NCBI GenBank assembly: GCA_905178155.1
Contig: CAJINV010000004.1
Location: 1,047,536 to 1,111,535, forward strand
Reading direction: 5' to 3'
DNA: 64,000 nucleotides
DNA from: Amoebophrya sp. A120
Taxonomy: Eukaryota; Protista; Dinoflagellata
The stretch's first letter is position 1; the number at the start of each line of letters is the position of its first letter. The translations under genes and the position numbers were made by a program. This document shows positions 1-13,600 of this stretch, piece by piece. The notes under the pieces were generated by a model. It ran no database searches, was not told the DNA's origin, and saw only the letters and a program-made list of their open reading frames with translations.

Positions 1-366
1 AAACTGCTTTCTCAGCTGTTCCTCCACTTCCTTTTCCTGGTTCTCCTTCCGCTTCTCTGCCAATTCCCACAGCTGCTTGATTTGTTCCTTCAAGTTCTTT
101 TCCAGCTCCCGTAAATTTTGCTCCAGCCAAGTATCGATTTGCGCTTCGCGGCTTTTCTGCTGGAGTTGCAGGTTCTCTCTCGTTTGGTAGAACTGAAAAC
201 CATGATCGGTTCTCAACTGGTGGCCGGGATGTAGTTGTAGAGGGGGCGTCTGGCGGAGACGCAACTTCGCAGGCGAGTTGCTGCGGGATGATGTGGAAGA
301 AATTCGTGGCGGCCGGAGAAGCGATGCCGCTTGCGGAGCTGGAGGTTGTGCTGGCTGCTGATACAT
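1..366 (-). CDS. Partial CDS running off the window edge; coiled-coil protein (MYQQPAQPPAPQ...NLRELEKNLKEQIKQLWELAEKRKENQEKEVEEQLRKQF)
   Basis: Open - strand frame from ATG at 366 to position 1; E/K/Q-rich heptad-like sequence. Start codon uncertain. Confidence 0.55.
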   Translation of the reverse strand, partial: MYQQPAQPPAPQAASLLRPPRISSTSSRSNSPAKLRLRQTPPLQLHPGHQLRTDHGFQFYQTRENLQLQQKSREAQIDTWLEQNLRELEKNLKEQIKQLWELAEKRKENQEKEVEEQLRKQF

Positions 367-1607
367 TTTCTGTCCTCTTGAACTTACCAGAAAAGTGACA
401 GGAGTGGTTTCTGACTCTGACGGGCAGGGATTAGCGCAAAAACCATCATAAGACTACAAGAACTCTTGCTCTACTTCTCACCAGGCACTTTGCTCGTACT
501 CTCGTTTTTATTCACCACGCTCGACAGATCCATGAATGCAGATCTTCATCATCGTCCCACGTTTCTAGTCGAGCAGGAATGCTCCTCACACCGCATGCGA
601 AGATCTTCTTCCTCAGAGATCCTAGTTTTGGCAGATCGTATAATTCGCAGCATGATTGGCCAAACCGCTCTCTGCTGGTGTTTCCGAGCAGCTTCGCTGC
701 AAGAACTCTGCGCGCGCTCTTCACAAGAAGCTGCAACTCCTTCTTGGTCATCATCAACAGCAGCGTGATCATAAACTAACTTTATCTCTCACAACTTCTC
801 TGCAGGAGCCCTTCCAAAACCCACACCACGTGCAATTCCAAACGACGCCCTCAGCTGGCACGAAAAGAACGGTTGCAACGCCGCACGAAGAACATGTGCC
901 ATGAGTTTGCTATCAGAGTGTCGCAGCTTCTTCATCTTTTTTGGGCTCGGTTGGTACAGCAGGGGGCGAGTTCTCATTTACGTTTTGCTTTTGTTTTCAT
1001 TGCAAGCTCAACAGTCACCTTCATATCATACTCTTTCGAAGTGGGACAAGCCGCTCGGATGAAATAATGTCAGCTCTTTTTAGACTGGTACATCAGCAAG
1101 CAACGCAGCTGTGTCTATTCCTATTCATTTTAATCCGATTCCGAGGTAATTATTTTCCACAATCATCAATTGTCAGCCATACGAAATGAATACGTGTACT
1201 AGTATCTCCATCTGTTGTTCATTTGAAACCTATTCGAGAAGTGCCTCGGCATCTTCCCGCGGTAATTGATATCGAGGTACTGACTAAGTGAAGCAACTTT
1301 TTTACGATGGGCATTTAGAACTACTTACTTGGGCGAAAGAACTATTGAAAGAATCTGGCGGACGCTGTTGAAGCGTGGCGACCGCATCGGATTATCATTA
1401 TTATACAACAGTAGCACAAGATTACGCAGGGTGTATTTCTGGTATCTGAATCAATGGCTCTACTCTTACTTTGCAAGGACGCAGCTATTCGAAGCGCGTT
1501 AATCAGAAGATCACAGCCCAGGCGGGGTTTGACGACCGTCACACCGTGGCTTCATCTTTCGTCTCATAAATTCACATAAGTAGCTACTTAAGTATGCGTC
1601 CGCCCCT

Positions 1608-4600
1608 TCAACGAAAATCCCAGAACACGTCGGGAATGGCAATTCTTTGCCGAATGTAAGAACTTTTTGACTTGGTGTTGCTTATTTCCATAGTACCAAT
1701 CGGCTCGTTGGAACTTCCGGTCAAAGAGGACAGAAACTCCTCCTCCACGGAGCTGTGCGAATGCTGGATAAAGTCGTTCTCGATGTTTTCCCGTTCCCGC
1801 GACGCCTCTTGCAGCGAATCCGCGTCTATGGCGTTCTCAACTGTTACATTCTCAACTGTTACATGAATTTGTGATGCAAAAATGGCAAAACTGAAAGGGG
1901 GAAGATAGCGCCTTTTGCATGACAGATTTGGCACAGATTCTCAGCCTGTTTGGGCCTTCCAGAATTTGTCATGCGCAGCAGCTTGATCGCGTCGAATCTG
2001 ATTGGAGTTTTGCATGACAAATCATGTAACAGTTGAGAATGTAACGTTTGAGAACGCCATAGCGTCGTCGTTGAGGTTGCTGTTGGTAGAAGCAGGGTCA
2101 CCACCAGCAGCTTCGGAGGAAGTCATTGACGTGGGGTTTTGATGTTGTCTTTTTGCATTTCCATTTCCTCCACTTCTCTTCTTCACTTTCACAAACCTCG
2201 GCTCGGAATTTGCGTTCCTTATCACCTCTTTCTTCTCTCTTTCATCCGCGGGAGACGTCTGCAAATCGACATCCGCGTCGTTCGCCTTTGTTCTGCGGTA
2301 TTGGAGCTGGTTCAGGTTTATACCGGAGCTGAAGGGGCCGAAGATGGCATTATGATCTTCTTCTTCTTGATCTGGGTCTTCTTCCTTCTTCCGTTTGCGG
2401 GAGCGGTATGGCGTTCTCAAATGTTACACTCATCTCAACTGTTTTTAATGCAAGAACGGCAACAGTGAAAGGGGGAAGACTGCGCCTTTTGCATTACAGA
2501 TTTGGCGCAGATTTAGATGCTGTTTAGCCCTTCGGAGATTTGTCATGCGAAGCAGCTTCGTCGTGGCGATCTTGCTGGTAAATTTGCATGACAAGTCATG
2601 TACTAACAGTTGAGAATGTAACGTCTGAGAGTCCCATAATCGGGTATCGCTCGTTGGGCTGTCCTGCAGGTACTCGTGCTCATGGGAGAAGTGGATCCAC
2701 TGCTTTTCCCGCTTACTGTGATCATTGTCGTAACTGTAGGCCACGCCCTGGTTCTTCGCGATGCCCATCAACGGGATGCCTGTGGCCTCGGGGAGACGGA
2801 GGGCGGGAACGATAGTGTGAGGCTGGGTTTTGGAGGTTTTTTTGCCCTGATTGGAAGTCGTTGATGTGCTGTTGCATAAGAAGTTACTGGCACCTCCGCC
2901 TGTTGAGGGACCACCTTGCTCGTCGTGCTGGTCTTCTGATGTTGTTGTAACCGGACCTTTATTTTTTCGCGGGTCCTGGTGCCCCTGCTTTGTCTGCTCT
3001 TTGCTCGAGCCCTTGCTGCTAGTTGTATTGGCGGTCGTTTTCTCATGCGGTTGCGGTCTGGACCGCTGCTCCCGCTGACCGTGTTTAATATTGTCCTTCT
3101 GGTGCGCCCCGGCGCCCTCCACAGGTGCACCAGCTCCTGCTGCGCCAGACGGTCGCTTGCTGCTGGAAGCTGAAGCACCACTACTGGCATGTTGACCTTT
3201 TGCAGCTCCTTTCATCCCCGCATGATGATCCGATGAACCAACGACCCCAGCGCCAGTTGATGTTTCCGTTTTCTTGTGTCGCGCCGGCGGGGCCGACTGC
3301 GGTCTCGATGTTGGACCACCAGTACTAGCGACTACTTTGCCACCTTTACTGCTCTTATTTCCGGAAATCTCAGCTGGCTGCTCCTGGTTAAATCCCTGAC
3401 TCGCTCGAACTTTCGCTGCAGACTGGGGGCGAATAGAAGCCGATTGCGGGCGGCCAGATATTTTGGTTTTTGCGCCACCACCACTTGCTTTTGCTTTATT
3501 ACTCCCAGTATGGATTGCAAAAGTGTCTGGGTCTGGAAGATTGCTGAGGTTTGTGATGCTGTGTCTGCTTGACACAGAAGGTGTGCCATGCAAGACCTAG
3601 CATCACAGGTTTTGAGACGGTTTCGCAATGCTTAATCCGCATGACAAACGCCTTCATTCGGCGACAGGAACAGGAGCTCCCTTTGCTGTCTAAGCATGAC
3701 AGATCTTTGTGTGATCCAAGTATGCATCACAAGATCGCATCCTTCCAGACCCAGACCTTTTTGCACTTGATACCCAGTCTTCACTTTGTCGCCAGAGATC
3801 ATCTCGTCCGGATTATGGCGCTCTCAAACGTTACATTCTCAACTGTTACATGAATTTGTCATGCAAAAGTGCCTTCAGCCAGCAGATGATCGAGCGGCTT
3901 CGCATGACAAATTTCGGAAGGGCTAAACAGCATCGAAGTCTGCGGCTGCGCCAAACTTGTAATGCAAAAGGCGCAATCTTCCTCCTTTCACTTTTGCCAG
4001 TCTTGCATTGCAAATTCATGTAACAGTTGAGAATGTAGCACTTGAGACCTCCATACGGATCCAACCCGGCTTCGACCACGACTTCTCGATTTCGCTGCAG
4101 CCACTGCAGCGCGGACCTTCGCTTTCGCTTCAACTTCCGATGCAAGGCCTCCGCATACTCGTGCATCTGGTGCTGCCGTTCCGCCCACTCGATTTCCTCC
4201 CCGACGGGTCGGTTTTTGGGCCACGCCTGGCCGTGCGCGAAGCCGTCGTAGGGCGCTGGGTGGCCCACGGTTTTCCAAGCGTGATTTTTCAATTTGTCCG
4301 GCGAGGTAAGGTTTTCGTAGTACTTAGCGAAGTTCTTGTTGGTCATCTTCGAGGATAATTTGGACGGACTGCGGAAGTTTTTTGATGTTGAACATGTTGT
4401 AGTTCTATAATCACGTTGAAGATCTTGATCGCCATCTTCTGTTCTTCGTGTGGCATCATACTGCAGCTTCGCAATGTGACTTTTCAAAGCTTCCTCTGCC
4501 TGTTCGCAATCCTCTAGCGCGCTCATCATCTGTTCGACCGCTTCTAGATGATCACTTGTTGCCGCTGTGCCGTCTTCTATCATGTTTTCCACTTGCTGAA

Positions 4601-7600
4601 GACTGACTTTATTCTCTGTCATAGAGTGCGACGGAACGAGGAGCTGCAGCTTCTGCTTTTTGTTCCTGGTCTTCATATGGTCGTTATTTGGGTCGTTTGC
4701 GTTATTTCCATTTTGGGTTTGCCTGATGGTAGTACCAGCATTGTTCCTGTTCTTGCTTTTACTCGACGCCGGCCCTTTCTGTTTGTTTCGGGCAACAGGA
4801 CCACGTTCTTGCACGCCGACCATATTTTTCTCCTCCTCTCCCGCCCTCGGTTTGATTTCCTTCATCAAACTAAAAGTATTGTCCCAGGGCGGCCGGTCCG
4901 TGATGCGGTTGGCCGTGATCGCCGAGAAGGCCTTTTTCATCGGCTTTCCTCCGGAAGATGTTGGATCAAAATCATCACCGTGGTCGTGGTCCTCACCAGC
5001 TGCGCTAGAATTATCCGCCTCCAGCCGCCACCTCGCATCAAGCACTGTCCGCTTTTTCTGATTCGCGAGCCGCGTTTCCAAGGGCAGCTTCGAGGGGGAG
5101 TATGAATTGCAAATAAAGTAACGCTGTACTAGTATAAATTGCAATACAAATTGGCTCAGCATTACAAATTGAATTTGTCATGCGGATTTGCCTTAGGAAC
5201 TAGATTTGTCATGCATAAATGCAAAAATTAGTACGAGTACGATACTTTTGCACATGATAGGGAGGACTCCTTGCGGATGTCCGGCGTGTCCAGCGGCGAG
5301 GGCTGAAAGTGGGAAAACAGGTTCTGGAAGTTCCAGTCCGGAGGGCGGGGCGTGGTAGGGGAGATTTCTAATTCTAGGTGTTTAGTGTTTATTTCGTCAT
5401 GCTGTAGCTGGCCCCTCTTGCTTATTCCCGGCGGCGACGGGGGAAGTGAGGGAGACCTGGAAGGTGACCGAGAACGAGACTTCGCCTCCACAAGCGTCGC
5501 GACTCTCAGGAGCTGGTGGTCCCACGTGTTTGGCTGTTAGTGTCATCAGTTTTGGAAATTTCAAGTCTCATCTACGAGATGGTGAACTTCTTCGTCGAAA
5601 CATGATCATCATCACGATCCAAGAATTGTACTTCTGACAGACTCTGCATACATCAACATCCCTTAGAAGATTCCTCTAGACCCTCTTGTTATGTTTAGAT
5701 GTAGAAAGCAGCTGAGTGCTATCCGTTGTACGTACCTCCTCTCCTCCAGCTTCCGCACTTTCCAATTTTCTTGCCGCTAGCGAATCGCGCCGCGCCGGCG
5801 CCTTACTGGATGAAGATGATGAAAAACTCGGCCCGGCTGGAACGGTGCTCGCTGATGTAGTAGGCGGTTTCTGCGTGCTAGCAGTGCTCTGGTGACCACT
5901 TTTCGGTAGTTTCGCCGACTGCGGTCGCGTAGAAGATGTAGTAGCTCCACTACTCTTTGTTCCTCCACCTCCACGCCTTTCAAACACTTCCTGGGACCTG
6001 CGCCGCATCTCCAACAGGCGCTCCTCTTCGCTCTGTTTCCTGGTACTAATCCTGATCGTGGTCGCTTCTTGCTCTGCATCATTTGCACCCTCTTGCTCTT
6101 GTTCCGTATCATCATCAAACACTTTTCGCACGGATTTTCTCCTCTCCTGCACCGTTTCGTGGTGCTGTTCAATATCCTGCGCAAAGGTAAAAGTATCGCA
6201 CCCGTAGAAGTACTTGCAATCGAATCATGCATGACGAGTCTAACTTTGTGCCCGATCTAGCACGACAAATTGCGTTTTTTTGTTCTAGCAACAATTTATG
6301 CTAAATGCAACTCATACTCGTACTAGTACTACCACTAAGTGCGATACTTCTTTTGCAAAAATGCATATTCCATCTGCGCGTAAAGTTTCCGTGCGTTGTC
6401 CAAGACACCTTCCAACTCCTCTCTCGTCTCGTCATCCAGTTCGATCTTCTTCCCAAGCGCCTTGCACCGCTCCAGCAGACTGTGTATCACCGGCGGGTCA
6501 GAGCGTTGCGGCTTAAACTCGGAATCGGACTCCTCGGGTGGGGCGGGTCGTTCTTTTTGTTGATCCCGATCCGTAGGAGGTTCTTGCTGCTCGTGCACCA
6601 CTGGAGCTGCATCAGCAGCAATCTCAACAGCTGGAACGTGCTGGCTCACTTCTTGCGAAACAGGTCCTTGCTCGTCCATGATTTCCATGGCAGCTTCTTC
6701 CTGCGGTCCTACAGCACCAACTTCTACCTCGGAAGCTCCTGCTGCTCCACGCGGCTCCTCCTGGTCTTCTTCCTCCGCAGCTTCGTGATGACCGGCACCG
6801 CCTGCTTCCGGTGTCTGCGGTTCATTTTCATCAAGATTCATCTCGTCCGCCCCCTCAGCAGTTACTGGCACAGGCCGCTCCTCTTCAGGGCTGACGACGT
6901 CTTTTTGCACGTTGTACAAATCTTCTGCGTTTTTGCCACCGCCTTTATTTATTTCCGCAGCCCCATGATCCGTCGGGGAGGCGAAGGGCAGGTCCTTCAG
7001 CGTTTTACTGGCTTGCCCTAGATCATCAACAACTCCGCTGCTGGAGTATGTTTTGTCATCGTTCTTGTCGTTGACATCGTCGCGGCTTTTGCTGTTCATC
7101 TCTACTTCCAAACTAATTTCTCCTCCTTCTCCATCTCCATTTCCTCTACCTCCATCATGTCCTTGCTCCTCCGTCACCACGCTGATCGACTTGGAAGCTG
7201 CAAGCTGATCCTGCTCTGAACCACTGTAGTTTTTGTTCTCTTCCTGTTTGTTGTTCTCGTCCTGATTTATTGTTCTCACCGCCAGCGAAGCCGCCACGTC
7301 ATACAGAATGCCGTTGACGAAAGAGGAGGAGATCGCGTCTTCGGCGTTTATTGGGTTTTGTACTCCTGCATCAAGAGGTCGTTGATCTTTGCTTGCTGTT
7401 TCCACTTTTTGATTTCGATTAGCTTCAGCTTCATGTTCATCACCAGCCGCATCACTTGTTCCGTGAAGATCCATCCCTCCCGCATCGACATCATCTTGAT
7501 CTTCTTGCTTTCGTTCGTCCGCCTCTCCTGCCTGGTAGAAAGTGAACGGATGTGAATGATGTGAATGTTTCAGCGTAGTGCGCACTAATGGATCTTGCGA

Positions 7601-10600
7601 AGGATCTACGACCTCGTCGTCGACCACTTCAGAAGATGTGGGCTGTCGCTGCCCCTGTAAAGATTCTGCACCGACAGGGAGAACCTCGCGCTGCGTAATT
7701 TCCATGTTCATTTCCACTTCCACAACTCCATTGTGCGAACTGGAAGTGCAGCTTTCCTCAAACAATTGCTCCTCCTCCCCCGCAAACCCCTCCTCATGCG
7801 GCGACGCCAAGCGCGTCCCGGCCGACGCAGACGTGAAGTCGTCTTCCGCCGCCGTGTTGTGCACTTCAAGCTCGTTGTTGGTCTCGTTTAACAGATTATT
7901 GTCGTCTAGTTCTTCATCCTCAATTGTTTCTTGACCTGCAACTACCGCAGCAGCGTCCACAAGATTGGAGAGAAGACTACTGCCGCTTGATGTATTGGAA
8001 TTGCCACGCTGTCGGTTGTGCAGATGAGCTTCTTCTTCATCGCATTGTACTAGTGTTCTTGCCCGTGCACCACGACCGTGGCTGTCGTCTAGTCTCTCGT
8101 CTTGATGCGCATTGATACTAGACGCACTTGCCTCCTGCTGTCTCATCAAATTGTAATTCGCGGCGGAGCTGGCTGTGGCACTGCTGCTCTCTTCATCCCC
8201 GAGTACTGCGCCGTTGTCACTACCTGAGTCAGCGGCCTCCACTCCATCTACCTCGTCCTGCGGCAGTGGCGGCGTCCGGGGAGTGGAGAATGTACTGGTA
8301 GCAGGATGAAAACCCTCATATCTGGAGTCCGTGCCGGGAGCAACAATTCCTTCTACTCTAGTAGGATTATTATCATCCGCCGGCGTGCTGGTCTGCGACA
8401 GAACGACTTCTCTGCTGCCATCATGATTCTCGTCCACGACCTCGCAGCTCGACCCGCCCAACAGCGACTCGTTGGCGGTGCCCGAATGGGAGTGCGAATT
8501 ACTGTCCACATTCGCGGAGCCCGTGTGCGAGTGGGTAGCGCCGAGGAGGCGCGCGTTGGAGCTGGAATTGTGTAGCGAAGAATTGTCGGAGGACGCTACC
8601 CGGAAGGAGGAAGAGCTCGAGGAAGAAGAGTTACTGCTCTTCACCCCCTCGCTTTCTCCACTTTTACTCAACTGTTCTTCTTCTACATTATCGCGTCCTC
8701 CTCCAGGCGCGCCTCCATCTGCGCCTGCCTCCGAGAATGAACTTTGACTTTCTTCGCAAGAGGAATTTACCTTCGACATCGACGCTAGAAAATGCTGGCC
8801 TTCCCGACAGTCATTTACCTGGTGGCGGACCATCCAGTCGTATGCAAGAAAAAAACTGTGTAAGTGTAACTCCGTGTTGCAGACGTTGCAATACAGTTAC
8901 ACTTGTCATGCTGGATGTGCATCAGAGCCTATTTTCATGCGTGTTTTCGCGTACCAGCTACGCATGACAGGTTTTCTCTGTCATGCAAAACAAATCTGTG
9001 ATGCTGTTCCTGCAAGAAAGTTACACTTACACACTTTTTTCCTTGGATAAGTCGCGGCTGGGCACTATTACCACCTCGTCGAACCCCTGGGGCGCTCTGT
9101 ACACAACCGTGCAGGTATCAAATGCAAAAATGTCTGGGTCTGGAAGATTCTGAGACTTGTCATGCATGTTTTGCATTGGCCAGCATGTCTGTGATGCATG
9201 CCCTAGCATCACAGATTTTTTGAAGGCTTCGCGATGCCTATTCCGCATGACAAATGGAAATGCCCTCTCCGCGTAGCAAAAATTGCATTCCCTTTGCTGC
9301 TCATGCAATACAGATTTTTTTGGAATCCAAATTCAGCATCACAAGTTGCATTCTTCCAGACCCAGACATTTCTACCTTTGATAGCAGGATTTTTTCAGCA
9401 ACTCTTTCTCGAACCTAGGGATCGGGACCGAGAGTTCGGGCTTGTTTTCTCGATCTTTTGACGTCGCGGATTTATTGTTCCTGCCGCCCTCTTTTGACTT
9501 CTTCTTTGTCACTGCCGAGGTGGTGTTGGCTCTCTGCAACGTCGAGGACCCGCTTCTTTGACGATTTGCAGCTACTACCTCTGCATCGGAGGAGGAAGAG
9601 TTTTTATTTATTCCATCAGTCGCATGGGTTGCAGCTCCAAGGGTTTTCGATCTCCGAACCGGTCTGGAGGTAGATGCTGCTGCATGATCCACGGGATGAA
9701 GTAAATCTTCCGGACAGGAGCCCCCGCCGGCCCCGCTTTGCTCCGCGGAATAAACAAGCTCCTGGCCAGCAGCAGAGTTTTTGCTCTGCTGTGTAGCAGC
9801 TTCTGAAGTAGAGGTTGGCTGAGACGAAGAGGACGAAGATTCCATTTCGGACGAAGACTGGTCTTCGCTTCTCGCGTCTTCACCCCGCCCATCGATTATG
9901 GTATAATGATCTACACCGCCAGCACGACGAGCTGCCGTTCTTGTTCCCCCCTGTTTAGAAGGCAGCTTCACATGACTCAGAAACCGGTCCACTTCGCTCT
10001 CGTCGCGGTAATGCTTCAGCAACCCAAGTTCCAGCCCGCTGGCATACTTCGGGTGCCCGGCGTTCGCGGAGGCGAGAAAGCTGCTGGAGGACGACTTTAT
10101 CACGCCGGGCAAAAGCCGAGTGGATGCGCCGGTTCCTGCGGCAGTTACAGAAGAACTCCCGTTCATCTGCAAGAACGTCGGTCCAGCCGGCTGATATCAA
10201 GTGCAAAAATGTCTGGGTCTGGAAGAATGCATGTTTGTCATGCTCGTCTGGCATGTCTTTAAATCTGTCATGCACGTTACCCAAGAGAGCCATTTTTCTG
10301 TGGTGCAGGAACGCAGTTTGTCATGCAGAATAGACAACACCTAGAAGCTCAGAAACTTGTCATGCTGAGCCAGCAGCATTTGTGGCCTCATCATGAGACG
10401 CCACCCAGCATCACAAGTTTCCAGACCCAGACATTTTTACATTTGATAGCTGATGCTGGTCGACGATAACTTTCTTCCGCAATTCCAGGCTGTTCCCTGC
10501 AGCGAGTATCGATTCGTCGTAGACAATGTGGTCTTTGTCCCCGTCTGGGCTGTTGAGAACCACCTGGATACCCCGCGGAGACATCTCAGAACAGATCGCT

Positions 10601-13600
10601 CCTGGTTGGTTCGAACGAGAACAACCGAGCAAGTTGCTATGATTTAGAGCTTTAACACCCGTTAGCATGAGAAGTGGCGAGTTTGTAGTGAATTTTGCAT
10701 GACAAATAGCAGAGGAGACTGCCGGGACATTGTCCCTTTTGCTCTTCTGGGAAGTGGGTTCTGCACACCGCAGAAGTTGTCCAGGCTTATGCGGCGGGCA
10801 GCTGGACATGGCCTGGGCGTCATTCTTTGGCCATGTCTTTTCGTCTTCCTGTGCTTGCAAAAGAGCAAGCACTGCAGCAGCCGCGGCAAAGACGCCAAAA
10901 ACAAGAGCCGCGAAGCACATAAGTGCAGTTTAGGCAAGATGAGGGCGCGGAAGCAAAGGTGAAAGGACCCGGCCGAGAGCTTTGACGCGTCTATCCGGCA
11001 GGCGCGTGAACTCTCCAGGCCTTATCGGCAGAATATAGAGGCGCTAAGGGCAACAGCGGGCGCCTGTCTTTTCCCCTCGGCCCCACTTCCCAGGGTCTAC
11101 TTGTGCGTTTTTTTGAGCACTTTTCTGCGCTAAACTTTGCTTATCACGGTCGAAAAGTGGCGCTCGGTGAATTTTGGGGTGAATTTTGGAAAGGACGCCG
11201 GTGAATTTTGTCCTCCGGCTCTTGTTCAAAATGCGCTGGCGCATGAGAAACTCCGGGTTTTGGGGCTTCCAGAAAGTGTCGCAAAAACAAAAAGCCTTAA
11301 AATTCACCAAGGGAATTCTTGGCCTGGGGGTCACGTCGAATAAGACTTGCTCCGGAGGCAAAAAACACCTGGGGAGTTGTAAGCCGAGCACAGCAGGCGA
11401 AGCAAACTAGTGCCCGCGGCCGAGTCGTGCCTTCCCTTCCACCCGAGGCTACTCCCAGATATCCAATTCCAAACCACAACTCGCGAGAGCGTGCGCGTTG
11501 TACTCGTGCCCCTGTGTTCAGGCGTCGCCCTCCCTTTCGACCATTTCGGAGAGGAACTTCTGAGGTGAGCGCGCAGATGAACAAGAGCCCCACGATCCAC
11601 CTTCTTTGGTTATGCACTACACGGTCCGGCGGGCCCCGTAAGACCGCTTCTTTCGGTGCTGCAAGTGCCACCTGGCACCGAGCAGCCCTTCACGCTGCGT
11701 GAGCTGCTTGGGATCGTGTCCAGCCCTTTACCACGCAGCGCACTTCTCTTTTGAAGTAAATGCAAGTCATGCAAGACAAATTCACTGCAAATTCACCCCT
11801 CTTATGCTAACGAGCGTCCAAGGCATAAGTTATGATCTTTTCCGTGATGGGTAGAAGTTTTCTTCAATTTTTTCCGGAACTTCCGCTCTTCCTTTTGCTG
11901 CTGGCGGATCTCGCGCGCCGCCTTCCGTCGTTCTTGATTGTAGGCCGAGGAAGACCCGCCGGAATCGTCTTCTAGTGTCGCGCATCAAATGCAAATATGT
12001 CTGGGTCTGGAAGGGTGTAAACTTGTCATGCAGATTTTCATTTTCCATGACCCATGAGGTCAGGAATGCGGAATTTAGCATAACAGACTCTGCGAGGTGG
12101 TCTCTGCCACTGCCATGCCTATCCTGCATGAGAAGCTCCCTCCCAACTTGGTCGAAAGTGGAAAGCTACTTTTGGCACTCATGCAACACAGATTTTTGTA
12201 TGCTTCAGATTTACCATGACAAGTTACCACCTTCCCGACCCAGACATATTTGCAATGCATATCGCGTCGGCAGAAAAGAGGTACTTGAACGAAACCGCGT
12301 ACTCTGTTTTGTTCTCTTCGTTTTCGTTCTCTTCGTTGCTGCTTCCGTGGTAGTTATATGCATTGCAAATATGATGTCTGCATCTGGAACTTGTGATGCA
12401 AGGAAGGGAATAATGAGCACGCTGTAATGCGCTGCCCAGCATGACAAGTTCTTCCGTGGTTCTGGGTTGCGTCATCATCATCATCATCATGTAGTGGACA
12501 CTCGCTCCCAGCGCCACAGGTCAAGGATCCCCTCCCCGGGGGGTGGGCGAGGAAGCACTTTCGGCGACCTCAACATACAAAAGCCGAGCGCTACCACGGC
12601 AAGTCGCCCCAATACAAGTGCCAACCAGTCGGGAGCTACCCACCACACCTGATCAGCACAGCCCGGCCAGCTAGCCGAGCGCGACAGCCCAACATACAGA
12701 ACGATCCAGGACCCGACCCATTTTACGCCATAAGTTTTTGTTCTCACGGAAGAGACGACGTACCCCTTTGGGCTAAGGGGCGAGACTCTCCCTTAAGCCG
12801 CAACCCCACCCGGACAGGGGAGGCTGGACCATTTGTGCCTTACCTGCGGCACGGACGAAAAAGGCAAGTGCCGCGGACCACAGATGTCAAACCATTGGCC
12901 AGTTGTTTGTCACTGCTGACTGGCAACCCACCTGGGGCACAGTGACAACTTAAAGGTTTAGTTTGTGCGTGGCAGTCTTAGTGCAACTACTTGACTTATT
13001 CTGCAACAGAAGCAAAGGGGGAGAGGGGGGGCGGGGGTCTTACGCCAGAGTCGCGACGGGACTTACCTGAACGTAGGGTGCCTGGCAATCCCCTACTAAC
13101 CCCATAACCCTTGCGCGCCCGTAACTTCGTCTTCGTCAGCACCGCGGCCAGGAATTTCGACACACCATTTCCAGCATGGCGGCCGCCGTTTGTACGAAGT
13201 CCCACACGCAACTCCGTGGCCAGAAAGTCCGATACGAATCTTTCACGCCATGTCCATGGCGGCGGTAAGACTGCGCGTCGTGCCTGGTTAGCTCGTGATA
13301 GTCGTGCTGGAGTTGCTCGTGGTAGTCGTGCTGGTGTGCTGCAGTTGCTCGTGGTAGTCGTGCTGGTGTGCTGCAGTTGCTCGTGGTAGTCGTGCTGGTT
13401 AGCGTGACAGCAACTTGAGTGTACTACATAGCGCGGTAGTTCCGAGTCTGGTCGTCGTCGGTGTCCGCACGTTGTTGCCGTTCCTCCGAGTAAAAGCATG
13501 GTCATCTCGATTCGATGGCTGGCACTCCTGATAGTGCTGCTTGACGAGGCCTTGTACAAACGCCGCACCTCCGTGTAGGACACGAGCAGCAACAGAACAT

